Assembly: GCA_030167865.1 (NCBI GenBank)
Contig: JALAGF010003973.1
Span: 62,001-115,622, forward strand
Length of the DNA: 53,622 nucleotides
Direction of reading: 5' to 3'
Source of the DNA: Craspedostauros australis
Lineage: Eukaryota
Shown here: one piece after another, positions 10,628-22,974 of the stretch
How positions within the stretch are numbered: the first letter of the stretch is position 1
How the letters are laid out: the number at the start of each line of letters is the position of its first letter
Made by a program: the position numbers and the translations under genes
The notes under the pieces: generated by a model
Database searches by the model: none
The model's input: only the letters and a program-made list of their open reading frames with translations
Told to the model about the DNA's origin: nothing

Positions 10628-11292
10628 CTTGTTGCAGTTTGACAGACCTGGCGTGCACGTGTTGGTATGCACGGGTCTCTGAACACTTGCGAAACCTTTG
10701 GAACCGCTTGGTTCTGCGTCGAGTGTACCTATTGTGTCGATCGCGTTGTATGCCGTGATGGTCTCGCAATCGCCCTTGTGCAAACCAATTGTGTAGATTG
10801 TCAAGCGACTACGCGGATGCAGGGCGCTGGAGATCTCTGAGATAGCGCCGCGGCGGCAGTTGAGCGTGTGATTTGGTAATGGAACTTGTTTGGCACGAGA
10901 CACGAAACGTGTCAGAGCGAGAACCGTTGAGTCGCAGTGGTCTATCAATTCATATGAGTCGAAAATGGCGCGAAAAGTCATGAATGAGCCAACCAAAGAC
11001 GGACGCCCAAAGCGAACATCGTGACACAGACCGCGACTCTTCACAACCAATTCAAACCCAACCGACAGCTTCGGGATCGCGACCTCAAGCTCAATCTCAA
11101 GCTCAAGAGTGCAACCTTTCCATCATGGGCATTCAATGCATGGTGTGTGAATGCTGAGGCCCTCAACGAGACACCAAGATCACAAGACAGCGCCCAACAG
11201 AAGACTCGTACTCGCGCTCGTGGTCGGAGTCCTGCGCGTGGAGCCACACGACAAACACACAACGGGACGGAGACTACGTGACAATCTTCAAC

Positions 11293-13749
11293 ATGTGGAG
11301 ATTGGAACGGTGCAGGTCGGCAGTGTTGAGGATTGGGAAACGCCGTCTGAGATGTCAAATGGAGCTGGCGATCTCATCACACGTCAGCCGTTCCCAATAT
11401 CCCCTCAGGTTCTCATCAACGGTTCCTTCCTTGGCACAGTCAACGCCCATTCTCATCGTGGGAGGCGGTCCGACTGGGTTGATGTTCGCCAACCTATTCA
11501 AGCTGTTCGGCACCCCATTCCTCCTGCTCGAGGGACAATCGACGGAACGGCGTTTCGATCATCCGCAAGCGCACTTCTTGAACACTCGCACCATGGAAAT
11601 ACTGCGCCATGCGTTGCCATCGGTGTATGACACGGTTCGGCAAGCCATGCCGCCGGTCGAGGAATGGAATTCATTCCAGTTTGGTCCATCGATGCAGAAT
11701 GGCATCCATTCCAACGTCATGGCCAAGGTGGTGCATCCCGTTGATCGCCCGCTGCGTGCCGGCGCTGATGCGAATGGGGTGCTGTTGGATGGAGTCACCG
11801 ACTCTAAGTCAGCGTCGCAGGCAATGTCAGATCGCAATCGCGATCTCAGCGATTGCTCAGTCGGTCATCTGGCGCAGCACACCTTCTGCCGCATTCTGTA
11901 CGATGCGGCAACGCAGAATTTGGACGATGATACGCAAAGGATCGATTATGGAAAGTACGTGCAACATATTGAGAAGGCGACGCTGCCACAGAGCGATTCG
12001 TGGGTTCATTCCAACGACAGTGACAAGGGAGGCGCAACCATGACCACAGTTAACAACGACAGTGACAGCACCTCAAGCAGCTCTCAAAGTGCCGGCTGGA
12101 AGGTGACAACAGCATGCGGGCAAGCCATCTTCTGCAAATCCATCATCGCCTGCGACGGAGCGAATTCGCAGCTGCGATCCAAACTGGGCATTTCCATGCG
12201 CGGGACAGCAGAAATCCAACGCCTGGTCAACGTTCACTTCCGCATCGAGGAAGATGATTCTATGATTCCACCCTCCATGCTGTACACGGTGTTTTCCGCG
12301 GAAGTCCTTGCCATGGTGGTGCGGCACGGAAACGGTGACTACGTGATGCAAATACCCTACTTCCACCCGTACCAAAATCTGAAGGACGATTTCACGGAGG
12401 ACAAGGTGCGCGGCATGGTGAAAGCGGCTGTTGGCAACGATATCGCATTTCAAATCCAATCCATCCGCGAATGGACGATGGGATCCTTGGTGGCAGAGAC
12501 GTACTATCATTCAGGCGGCGCAGGCCACACCAGCACAGACCGAACCGACGAGATGGACGGCGCTGTTGCTTTCCTTGCCGGCGACGCGGCACATGTGTTT
12601 CCTCCAGCCGGAGGTTTCGGGATGAACACAGGGTTGCAGGACGCATTCGCGCTGGCATGGAAGCTTGCATTGCAACAGTCGCCAGCAGGTATTCACGAGA
12701 TTGCCAAGTCGTACCAGCAGGAGCGACAACCAGTCGCGAGAAACAATGCCGCATTATCGGTGCGCAACTACAATCGCGTCCTCGGCGTCACCAAGTCATG
12801 CTACTTGGACGAGAAGCATCCGGCTGTGCTGCTCGCCGCATTGGATGGTCCAATGTCGTTTGTTCCATTTGAGTACCGACGTCAAACGTTCCTGACATTG
12901 CTGCGCACTGCAATGGCGCCACTGTCGAATTTGACGAATCCAAACAATCCGTTCACAAAGCATGTCACAGGCAACCTGCGCCGTTTGCTCGGCTCGGGGC
13001 AAGGATTGCCGTTGCTCTTTCCTGAATCCGAATTGGGTTTCCGATACAGTACAACCGAGGCGGGGCGTGCGAATGATGCGGAGACCACGAACTCCCAATC
13101 AGGTGTGATCTCCTCCACATCGTGGGAGAATGATTCGGTGGGTGGCCATCACAGGCTCGAAGAGGGTTTTCTGTTCCCGCATGTGTGGGCCAAGATGGAA
13201 TCCGGCAGCACCGCTCGATCAACATGGATGAGCGGTACATCCATACAAGGGTTGGATAGGGATCAAAGTGACGCTGGCGAGAACGATAGCAAGCTTGTGA
13301 ATACCGTGAGCACAAGAGATCTTCCTTCCCAAATACGGAGCATGCGATCGCCCGTCAATTTCGTGCTCTTGGAAATTGCATTCGATCCTGGTAGCAAGGC
13401 CAGTGATGGCCACAATCTATTGGAACTAGCAGAGCACATCCGACGGGAGATCAAGCTCCCATGCGAAACTGTTCGGATGACTATCGGAGACGCAAACGAC
13501 GGCAGTGGTGATGGCGATGACGATGATGAAGATTCTGGCTGTCTCCACCTTGCTGTGAATGCAGCTGCATGGGAGGCTCTGGACGTTGTTGTTCCATCGA
13601 ATCCCTCTCCTGCGGCATCAACCACAGCGCCAAGGTCGCCTCTTTTGGTGGCAATTCGACCTGATGGCCACGTTCTTTCGATCACCTCCAACGACAGCGA
13701 CGGCGTTGAACGACTCAAAGACAAAATGGTTCAGTATCGCTACCGCTGA
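11293..13749 (+). CDS. FAD-dependent monooxygenase (PheA/TfdB, FAD_binding_3 family), probably mitochondrion-targeted
   Basis: ILIVGGGPTG Rossmann motif, HPQAHFLNTRTMEI, ACDGANS, LAGDAAHVFPPAGGFGMNTGLQDA, C-terminal IRPDGHV; Arg-rich N-terminus ending in PLRFSST. Confidence 0.9.
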   Translation: MWRLERCRSAVLRIGKRRLRCQMELAISSHVSRSQYPLRFSSTVPSLAQSTPILIVGGGPTGLMFANLFKLFGTPFLLLEGQSTERRFDHPQAHFLNTRTMEILRHALPSVYDTVRQAMPPVEEWNSFQFGPSMQNGIHSNVMAKVVHPVDRPLRAGADANGVLLDGVTDSKSASQAMSDRNRDLSDCSVGHLAQHTFCRILYDAATQNLDDDTQRIDYGKYVQHIEKATLPQSDSWVHSNDSDKGGATMTTVNNDSDSTSSSSQSAGWKVTTACGQAIFCKSIIACDGANSQLRSKLGISMRGTAEIQRLVNVHFRIEEDDSMIPPSMLYTVFSAEVLAMVVRHGNGDYVMQIPYFHPYQNLKDDFTEDKVRGMVKAAVGNDIAFQIQSIREWTMGSLVAETYYHSGGAGHTSTDRTDEMDGAVAFLAGDAAHVFPPAGGFGMNTGLQDAFALAWKLALQQSPAGIHEIAKSYQQERQPVARNNAALSVRNYNRVLGVTKSCYLDEKHPAVLLAALDGPMSFVPFEYRRQTFLTLLRTAMAPLSNLTNPNNPFTKHVTGNLRRLLGSGQGLPLLFPESELGFRYSTTEAGRANDAETTNSQSGVISSTSWENDSVGGHHRLEEGFLFPHVWAKMESGSTARSTWMSGTSIQGLDRDQSDAGENDSKLVNTVSTRDLPSQIRSMRSPVNFVLLEIAFDPGSKASDGHNLLELAEHIRREIKLPCETVRMTIGDANDGSGDGDDDDEDSGCLHLAVNAAAWEALDVVVPSNPSPAASTTAPRSPLLVAIRPDGHVLSITSNDSDGVERLKDKMVQYRYR

Positions 13750-13978
13750 TGTATTAGATGTGGATAATGATGGTGCTCGGAGTGAACATACTTGCGATAG
13801 ATGTGTGATATAATAGTACAGAGTAATAGAGTATATCAAATGAATCTCTCAATGAAATTGAAATGAATGCAGCACTCTATTCTCCAACTCGCGGATTTAC
13901 CACAGGGTGAAGCCTCGCAAGAGTTGGTCTACACTACCTATCTATTCATAGTCGTAGCCTCATCGCCGCACAAACATC

Positions 13979-15080
13979 ATGCCCGAATCGAGTGGAAGCT
14001 CCGTATCCACGGATCGCGAAGTCGAGTTCTTCTCGTTTTCTGCAGAAAAGAACAACGCGGAACTCGCGATCACGGACTTGATCCTGTTTCTCTACCAACA
14101 CAAGCACATGCAGAGTACGCATGGCGACACCATACTCCTCCTCCTCCTCTTTCCGCTTGCTGGCGCATCGACATCCTGCAGACTGCACCTCACCAATCAT
14201 TGTATTATATTATTTTATATAATATTGCAGTATCCACCATTCATCCGCATCGCCGCATTCCAGCTTCGAGCATTCGAGAGTGCATCGCCTTCAACCATCA
14301 TCACGATCTTCCGCGGTCCATTTCGTTGTGCTGATTGACAGAACAAATCCAGCGATTCGAGATGCGTCTGCTGGTGGGAAATCATCGATCAGGGATCAAC
14401 CGAGAGGAGGTGGTGATCATCGATGGGCAATCCATAGAATTCATCGGAAGGGAATCGCAACAGAACGATGCCAACGATCGCCATTCGCACGTCACGTGCC
14501 CTCCGTTTGAGTTCAGCAATGTCAGCCATACCAACGACGATCGGGGCGAAAACGTCCGCAGACAACTGCGCCAAGCCATGTGCAGCGAGACCATCCGAAA
14601 GGTGTACCTCATGCGCCTGTCGTTTCGGGAATTGCTTTGCGATGTCCTTGCAGACCCACGCAGAGCACCTTGGACACACGATCGTGGGAACGCAGGAAAT
14701 GGCAATGGCGATACTTCCGCTGAGCGCAAAACAGGATCAGCGGTGAGATGTCTTCCACAGTGGACCAGCATCGATGTCTTTGCATGCACGGACTTGGGTC
14801 CTGATGCTGTCCGATTCCTCTTATCCGTATCCTCTTCGCATCTTCAGAGATTATCCCTGTCTCTGTCTCAGCCAAACACAGCCAGTACACCACTGTCTTC
14901 AGCTCTGAGCGAAGGGTTGAAACGATGCTCGGGCACTCTGCGATATCTCACCATATTCTCAGCGGAATGGGATGCTGACACCATCGCAGGTCTTTGCGAT
15001 GGAATTCAATCGACGACGTGTCTTGAGGAGCTCAACTTGAGCACGTGCACATTTGGACGGCGACAGATGAGCAGCGGCAG

Positions 15081-15113
<33 letters not shown>

Positions 15114-16266
15114 TGGCGTCACAGAAGATGATCACAATCAGAACGAAGAGGAGGAGGAAGAAGAAACAGATACCCCACCATTGGTATCGGTAACAGCAGC
15201 AACAGCAGCAACGCCGGCCATCCGGTTGCTCGCCAGCACTGTCGCTCAAGTACATACGCTCAGGTGCTTGCAGCTCAATCAGTGCCAACTCGACTCCGCA
15301 GACGTCATAGCTCTCGCGGAAGCGCTGGAGGGGCATCCCGCTCTCACCAGGCTGACGTTGGAGAGCAACGCTTGTCAACAGCACACTTTCGCGGTCGTTA
15401 CAAGGTTCCTGCAAGCTGTGCCGTCCTTGAAGGTGATCGGACTGAGCCATCAGCTGGAGCCTCGTCAAGCTCCAGCGGTCACTGACGATGCCGGTGGCGA
15501 CGGTAATGACCATGTTCAACACACCAGGAACCGCAGAGGCCCATTGCATCTTTTGCGCGCGTGTTTTCAAAGTCCAGCGTGTAGCTTGCAAGCCTTGCAT
15601 CTGTCAAGCAATAAGCTGACGAATTGCAACATCGAGCATCTTGCCCGAGCAATTTCGCGATGCCGTTCCATCCAGCATTTGGACCTGAAGAACAACAAAA
15701 TTACGGATATTGGCATAACTGCATTGTCGCAGAACCTCCCGCCGTTCCTTCAAAGGCTCTGGCTGCATGGCAATGCGGGCATAAGTCCAGTTGGTGCCCA
15801 CTCGCTCTTGGATGCAGTCCAATGTTCACATGTCCATCTGATCGACGTCCGTATCCCCACGTATTACGTTGATCAAAGACGTCACCGGCATCCTCGAATG
15901 CAGCGGATTCAGTCGAACTTGCAGTACTATTGCCGTCTGAATCACGGAGGACGCCATCTTCTGTTCTTGCGACGAACGGCAGACACGTTCGATGGAAGTA
16001 TGGATACGAGCACGAGCACGAATGGACCAGGACACGGCGCAGCATTGGTGACATCGACACCAACTGGACCCGCCCCGCGTGGTACACAGCTGTCACCATC
16101 GTCGCCATCAGCACCATGCATTCCGATGAGTTTATGGCCCCATGTGCTGGCCAGAGTCCACCGGCTGCAGTGGGAACGTGACCATGCCACGGACCGTGGC
16201 CGGATCGAGGTACTCTACCATTTCCTTCGGCACCTTGGTCCGATGGTTGTGTCGCCCAACAGATGA
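13979..16266 (+). CDS. RNI-like leucine-rich repeat protein (diatom NLRC3-like type)
   Basis: LRRs such as LEELNLSTC, LRCLQLNQCQL, LTRLTLESN, LQALHLSSNKL, IQHLDLKNNKI and LQRLWLHGN; C-terminal LNHGGRHLL...IPMSLWPHVL...LYHFLR. Probable first exon 13979-14114 with intron 14115-14341 (GTACGC...CTGAT..CAG) splices in frame; otherwise the start is ATG 14362. Contains a (GCT)n poly-Ala tract near 15082. Confidence 0.8.
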
Positions 16267-16758
16267 CGAGCTTCGTGCTACTCGTCGTGTACACTGTCCT
16301 GTCACGGCAAGAAGTGCTGGTACCGATCTGGAGCACACACGTACGTACCGAGGTAGTCAACGAAGACTCCAACACAACTAGATGCGCCGATCCGGGCGGC
16401 AACGATACTGTCGATGGCCAAACATGTTTCCCCATCGCAGAAGTGATGTTGGTCGTAAACAATGCACGCACTCATGATGTACTAATGTGTGTGAAGCAAA
16501 ACTAGCTTTCTCAGTCTGTTTCTAAGCAACGTATCGTGTATAGTACGAGTGGTTAAGCGATTATGTCTGAACGCACGCAGATACTGCATTCGCAACGGGA
16601 CTCGTACGCAATGCTGCTTCATCGCAGAGTGCGCCCAGCAACATGGGCAAGCAATCCGCTGAAGCGCACGAGAGACAGAGCCAATTGGTTGCGAGGTGGC
16701 AGTCCTCGAGTGATGCTGTTTCCCGATACTCTCGCCAGTGTGCGCCATTGCCGCAATT

Positions 16759-18506
16759 TTACAAAAAGCGCGTGCTGTTGGCTCTCAAGTTGCCTCCGCT
16801 GAATGGAACGAAAGAGCTTGCGTCCGATGTCCAATTGTACTTGTTGAAAATCACCTTCACCTTCTTGCCGGAATTGATCATGACCTCCAAGTTCTGCTTC
16901 TTGAAATCTCGGAGGAATGGCAGGATGATGGGCAGGAGGTCGCTGGACTTGCCCGATGGGCCACAGAAGTCTTCCTTGTACCAGTTGAAGATCGAAGAGA
17001 GATGAACCTCCGAAGTCTCCGGATCGATCCGGACATTCGAGTCGTCCTCGCAAAATGCCTGCGCGATGATACGCAATTCTTCTTCGATGGACTCAGCGTG
17101 GAACGCCTTGACGGGTGGGCAAGAAGCTGCACCGCAATTCAACGCAAAGTGGATTCGATTATCGACGTGATCCACAGTGAGGCGGAGCCTATCGTCGTCG
17201 GCATGGAATTGTTTTTGCAGCGCGTACGGCGCTTTGCGGTTGTCGCGCAGAACGCCATTCTCCAGGTCTTGGAAGGAGAGGACGTCGAAACCGACCTGCA
17301 TCGAAACGTTGTTGAAGAAATTCAATCGTGAGCTGCCTGTTGTGCCGATGCCAACTTTCATGAAGGCGTACTTGATCATCAGGTTGTAAAGGTTGATGCA
17401 GAATGCCTGATGTTGAATGGTGTTGTATTGTAGAATATTGTATTGTATTGTGTGGTCGTATTGGATGTTGTTATGTAAAAAAAAAACACAGAATGTATGA
17501 GCATGTGTGAGAGATGAGGGATGAAGTATCGATATCACGATAGGCAGGAGTCGACGTCTCCACACACCCTGGTACTATGCTATACCATAGAATACAATTG
17601 GGTACTCACCAACTTGACGTTCTCCTTCATGTTCGCAATGACCACGCCTTGGAGCTCACAAACAGCCTCCTCGAAGGCAGGGTAGAGGGCGTGGTTCTTC
17701 GCCTGCTTGTAGTTGACCTTGCCTTCGTTGTCGGTCATGGCGCTCTCGATCTTCCCGAGCATTTTCTTGAGACGAAGGACGAGTCCAACCACATCGTCAT
17801 CCACGCGCTCGGTCCACTTGCGGTATGAGTTGAGGATGTTGGGTTGCTGGTCGCACTGCAACCGAAAGAAAAGCGCGTCAGTGTCCTCGACGAAGTGGTC
17901 TCCGACAACGTGATCCAGCATCGCGTGCTTCGTCTGCAAGGAGTACGCGAACGCTTCGGCGTCGCTCCTCGAGATATCGTACTCCGTCGCCAAGGCCTCG
18001 ATGCATTCGCTGCCTCGGAAGCAGCGCTTGTAGGTTTTGAAGCGGTACTTGAGGTCTCGGCGCGGCAAAATCTTTTTGAGCATCTCCATCATCTCCAGGA
18101 CGCTCGTCGTGCTGCCGTCCGGCAGTTGGATGCAATTGACATCTTCTCTCGGTGGCGGCGGAGACGGAGGGCTCTCTGGAGGGCTGCTTGGTGGTTCCAG
18201 GCGGGGATCTTGTGGGTCGTTGCCGCTGGCGACCAGAGATGCGTACACCTCCAGCGGACTCGTGGTTGGATTGCTCTCCCATTTCTCGATCATGCTGATG
18301 GTCTCCTCGGCACCTCCAACGTGCAGGTCGTTGAGGAACACCTGCGGCACCGTGAGTCGGTTGGAAACAGAGAGCATGTCCTGTCGTTTGGAAGGGTAGT
18401 CGGTGAGGTTGATCTCGGTGAACGGGATGTCCCACTTGCTCAGTGTGGTCTTCACCCGCTTGCAGAACCGGCAATCTTCCAGCGTAAAGATGGTGATGCG
18501 TCCCAT
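16759..18506 (-). CDS. Glutaredoxin + DEP + DUF547 domain protein; 2 exons
   Basis: Exons 18506-17610 and 17406-16759; intron 17609-17407 (GTGAGT...CAG) joins NVKL|AFCINLYN. Grx motifs CRFC, TVPQVF and VGG; DEP-like YKRCFRGSE...HVVGDHFVED..FFR; DUF547 AFCINLYN...DNRIHFALNCGAASCP and LSSIFNWYKEDF. Confidence 0.9.
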
Positions 18507-19465
18507 GGTGCGTGCTGTCGTTGCTCGTGCTCGGTTCTGTGCCGGTGGCTGTTGCCTTCGATCGTGTTCCTTCAACCTATCGGTGTCTTCGTCGATTGTC
18601 TGTCAACAGACTGGTGTCACGATTATGAGCACAACCTGAGCGTGAGAGGCACTCGGCGAGTTAGCGTTGCCGTTGCACCCCCTGTTATGTACTACTACTC
18701 GTGGCTCGAATCTTCGAGAGGGGAGTGTTCTGTGTGGTGGATGTTTCGGTTGCTCGAGAAACAATGGCTCGAGCAGCCTCGGTGACATTGGGATCTCCCA
18801 CTGCCATCTTTGGGAGTGTCCATCGCAGCACAACTGCGCCGAAGGAGTTTGTGACTGCAGAACGACTCCCCAGAATTAGTGGCAACGCAGAGTCACAAAG
18901 AGCCGCACAGGCGCCGCGAACACCAAAGATCGGGACATGGAGGAACAAAGCCACCCTTCGCCATCTTGTGATGCCTTCCCGCTTGGGCACAACACACCAG
19001 TGACAAAATTGAGGGTCTTGACCAACTTGACCCAAGGGCCATCATCAATTGTCGGGAGGAGGTAACAGGAATCAAATCTCGACTGGAAACCAGCAACGCA
19101 GCCATGATGTCCGCCGATGAAACACAGACACACACAGCCACCGACCCTCCTTGGGCAAGTGTCGATGCGGATGCGCCTCCACACTTGATGTGTGCTGATA
19201 CGTTTCATGTATGGAACATCATCATCATCGACTTCCAAAATAACCGCAGCGTCAACTGAAGTGAAGACCGGGACTACTCGTACGGCACATGCCATATTTG
19301 CACAACAGCAGCGCATCACCACGATCGTGGAAAAGCATCAGAAACAAGAGCAGCCGAAGGTCTCTGTAGTGATCGCGAACGAGGCGCACCGATCGGGACT
19401 CTCGCAAGCACAGGAAGCGCAACGCAACACGCGTAACACAAACCACAGCGGATCAGAAATCGATC

Positions 19466-20173
19466 ATGTCGTCATTGGGATCGGTCCTTTTCGACGTGTG
19501 GTCGTCGACCTACAATGCTCCGGAAAGCATCCTGCCATTCATCACGCCTCTCTCCATCTGGTTTTCATGCTGGGCCTACTGCAAGTCAAAGAAGATGGAT
19601 TATGCGCGGTGGTACGATCTCCACATTTTCCATCACGTCGCTGCCATGACGTTGGGATCATTGTCGCTCTACTTCGACGATGATGCCATCTTCAACGAAC
19701 GCATCGTCATCCTCTGGAGCATGCCGTACTTCATGATCGACATCGTGGACTGCATTTGGGAACGGCACCTCACATACGCCATCCATGCATTGTTCTGCCT
19801 CAGCCTGGGCGTGGCCAATTTCTCGATCCCCCTGTTCCGAGAGCTCCGCTTGAACGCCAAGGCGGTCTTCATAGAGGCGTCCACCCCGATCTTCTACCAG
19901 GCCAAGCAGCACAGAAATCCCTACGTGTTCATACTCTTTGCGATCACATTCACGTGTTGTCGCATCATCTGGATCCCATTCATACTCAAGGCGCTACGAG
20001 ACAACGGCCTTGCATGGGTCCATCCAGGCGTGCTGGGTGTCATCGGTTTCTACGGCCTCAACCTGTTTTGGTACTACAAGATCATTGGCATTCTCATCAC
20101 AGGGAATATGGAAAGTGACAAGGCAAACGAGCCGCCATCCTCATCCTCCAAAGTGGACAAGAAGATGGATTGA
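19466..20173 (+). CDS. TLC (TRAM/LAG1/CLN8) domain membrane protein
   Basis: About 6 hydrophobic segments; YFMIDIVD, YAIHA, EASTP, FAITFTCCRIIWIP and LNLFWYYKI match the TLC pattern; C-terminal KKMD is a possible di-lysine ER-retrieval signal. Confidence 0.75.
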   Translation: MSSLGSVLFDVWSSTYNAPESILPFITPLSIWFSCWAYCKSKKMDYARWYDLHIFHHVAAMTLGSLSLYFDDDAIFNERIVILWSMPYFMIDIVDCIWERHLTYAIHALFCLSLGVANFSIPLFRELRLNAKAVFIEASTPIFYQAKQHRNPYVFILFAITFTCCRIIWIPFILKALRDNGLAWVHPGVLGVIGFYGLNLFWYYKIIGILITGNMESDKANEPPSSSSKVDKKMD

Positions 20174-21123
20174 AGATTTAGGAGAGCAGCGTAGAGTGGA
20201 GTATTAGTACTCCAGAGAAGATTCAATGCTCTCTGGACAGAGGAGCGGCATGCCATTCGTGCCCGCACCCTGCAATTAACACTCAGGATCAGCTCGCACG
20301 GTGCGTTCCAGAAGCTTCGTCATCTTGCATCTCTCCATCTTGGAGTCGGCGGATGAAAGTAGAGTACCGTCCTTGCTTTGCAGGTATCTATCCGCGTCAT
20401 GTCAGCCCGGGCAGAGAAGGTAAGTAAAGTATCCAGAAGTGTAGCGATTGCACAAGAAAACAGTAATTCAAATATAGTTGAATAACCGCAATTAACTGCC
20501 ATGTAACCACCACATGGACAAAATACGTCTTGTGCATGACTTGGCCATCACGATCCACAACCGCGGACTCGCAACTGCCACAAAACAACAGTGGGAACGA
20601 CACCCATCAAGGCCGTCTGCGGTGCATGTCGCATCTGATTTGTTCTCTGCTTTCGTTGGTTGTGGGCGAACGCTGCACAGAACAAGATCCGACCAGGGCG
20701 CATGTGATGTGGACATGGTGGCCAACGACGACCTACGAGCAACAGAAGCGATCACCAACGGCCAGCAGCAACTGGAGGCGCACCAGAGAGAGGAGCAACT
20801 TCAAAGCCTTGGCTTTGGCTGGCATCGTCGCAGCGCCGCAGAAGACACTTGCCCGCTCCCTCCAGAAAGAACATCATCTTCCAAGAAGATTGGTGGGCTG
20901 TACCAGTTGACAGATTCGAATTGATTCACCCATCAATACAGCACAGATCCAGAAGCCTCGTGACATCCAACCTCACGCAAGATCACGCCAAGTTCGAGAC
21001 CTTCGCACATAGTCATACACACACAATACGTATCCGCGGAGAGAAAGGCTCAAGACAGACGAAGACCACAGATCCAAGACGGCGGCATTGACGCACTCGA
21101 AGGCACGGAGGTGACAAAACACG

Positions 21124-22974
21124 ATGTCTCATTCCAACAGTGAAGGATCAGATGGCAGACCGAACGACGTTGCCACGAGTGGAGACGAGAATCCACCCAG
21201 CATCAGCAACAGCAACAGCGACGGCATTAATGAACAGCGAGAAGTCGTCCCGACTCCGATCGCAAGCCAGTCCAACAAACCAAACCGAGTGAAGTTGTCA
21301 AAGCTGGGCAAGCACCATCCATCGCTTGAGTCGTCGCCACTGTTGTCAAATACGAGGGGACAGGCCGCATACGGAGGGCAAGGCTTCGCGACGGACAACG
21401 GCCAAACTAGGACGGGCGATACTTTGGCTTGGAACAGCGAGCACAGCCGCAGAGGCGTGGCGAGGCCACCACTGCCCGTGGTCGCGGAGTCAAGATCATC
21501 ATCTGGAATCCCTTCGATGAATCCGGATCTGCACTCGCAAGAAACGGAGCCGACAACGCAGGAAGCTCCACTGGCGCAGAGAGGAAAGGCGCTCTGGGGA
21601 CGGCTGAAGGAGCATGTCGACAAGGGAGAGTTTTTGTTGGGAGAGATTTCTGAAAGCAGGAACCACCGTCACCGTCAATCGTTGCATTGGGAGAGACAGC
21701 AGGAGATCCGTTCCGGGATGAATTTCTCTGTCGGCCAGTGTGTCATGGCAATCGCTGTCTACGAGGTCCTGTCCATCATTTTCTACTCTGAATTCCTCGA
21801 ACCGGAATGGACATTCATCGACAGCTCCTACTTCGCCGTCACAACTTTCACCACGGTTGGCTACGGCGATCTTGCGCCGACGACCAAGCTTTCCAAGCTG
21901 TTCACCTGTTTTTACGCCCTCACTGGCGTGGCGTGTCTCGGACTCGCCTTGGGAGTGATCGGCGGCAATCTGATCGAGAATCAAGTTGCTGTCGAGGAGG
22001 ATGCCGTGCAGCTCAACAAACTGCAGGCGATGACGCTCTTCGATTACAGCGTCACGAAGCAAACATCGAAACGCCAGCTATCCAGCACCGACAGGGACAT
22101 CAAAAGCAACGAGAATGCCGGCCATGACGACAAGCTGTGGCAGCAGGCGATGGATCGTACCCTGAGAAATACCGAACTGACCAGCACCGTGAGGCAGACC
22201 GCTCCGCACTCAAACCAGTCGTTCTCCTTCTGGACGTCCCACCGTAATCGTCGTTTTCTCGTGCTACTTGTTCCTCTCACTGTCATGGCCTACTTGATTG
22301 GCGCCGACGCTGACTGGGATTTCATTTCCACATTGTACTACCTGGTCGTGACCGCATGCACCATTGGATACGGCGACTTCACTCCAAAGACTCAGGGTGA
22401 CAAGATCATGGCCATCCTCTTCATCCCCCTCGCATGCGGAGTAGCGGGAGCATGGCTCAGCTTTGTGGCCAGCTACATCATCGAACAGCATTCCATGACA
22501 TTCCGCAAGACTATGCAGACAAAGGAGCTCTCTCTTGAGGATCTCTACATCATGGACGAGGACGGCGACGGCGATGTCACCAGAGCTGAATTTCTGGAGT
22601 TCATGCTCGTCGCGATGAACAAGATCGACGAAGATCTTGTCGACGAACTTCGTGAGTACTTCCATCGTCTCGATTGCAATGGATCTGGTGTCCTCAACAG
22701 ACAGTGCCTCGTCCATGAGGCAAGAAAGAAGCTACGACATCCTCGCCGCAAGCTCGAGCTGGCCATGTACAAGCAGAAGCTTCATGAGCAAGCCGAAACA
22801 GCAGATCTGCGCAATCGAAATCGTCCCCTTCGCGCAGGTATCTGGGAGGCCGTGACTTCGACAATGCGACGCTTTTCCTTCATCGATTCAACGATTCTAA
22901 GAGACTCGGAGCACGAGGAATTTCAAAATTTCGACAGCATGCACAGCAGATCGCAAGCTGTGCCCATCGCGTAG
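21124..22974 (+). CDS. Two-pore-domain K+ channel (TPK/KCO type) with C-terminal EF-hands
   Basis: Two pore loops (TFTTVGYGDL and TACTIGYGDF), 4 TM segments, EF-hand DEDGDGDVTRAEF and degenerate DCNGSGVLNRQC. Confidence 0.93.
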   Translation: MSHSNSEGSDGRPNDVATSGDENPPSISNSNSDGINEQREVVPTPIASQSNKPNRVKLSKLGKHHPSLESSPLLSNTRGQAAYGGQGFATDNGQTRTGDTLAWNSEHSRRGVARPPLPVVAESRSSSGIPSMNPDLHSQETEPTTQEAPLAQRGKALWGRLKEHVDKGEFLLGEISESRNHRHRQSLHWERQQEIRSGMNFSVGQCVMAIAVYEVLSIIFYSEFLEPEWTFIDSSYFAVTTFTTVGYGDLAPTTKLSKLFTCFYALTGVACLGLALGVIGGNLIENQVAVEEDAVQLNKLQAMTLFDYSVTKQTSKRQLSSTDRDIKSNENAGHDDKLWQQAMDRTLRNTELTSTVRQTAPHSNQSFSFWTSHRNRRFLVLLVPLTVMAYLIGADADWDFISTLYYLVVTACTIGYGDFTPKTQGDKIMAILFIPLACGVAGAWLSFVASYIIEQHSMTFRKTMQTKELSLEDLYIMDEDGDGDVTRAEFLEFMLVAMNKIDEDLVDELREYFHRLDCNGSGVLNRQCLVHEARKKLRHPRRKLELAMYKQKLHEQAETADLRNRNRPLRAGIWEAVTSTMRRFSFIDSTILRDSEHEEFQNFDSMHSRSQAVPIA

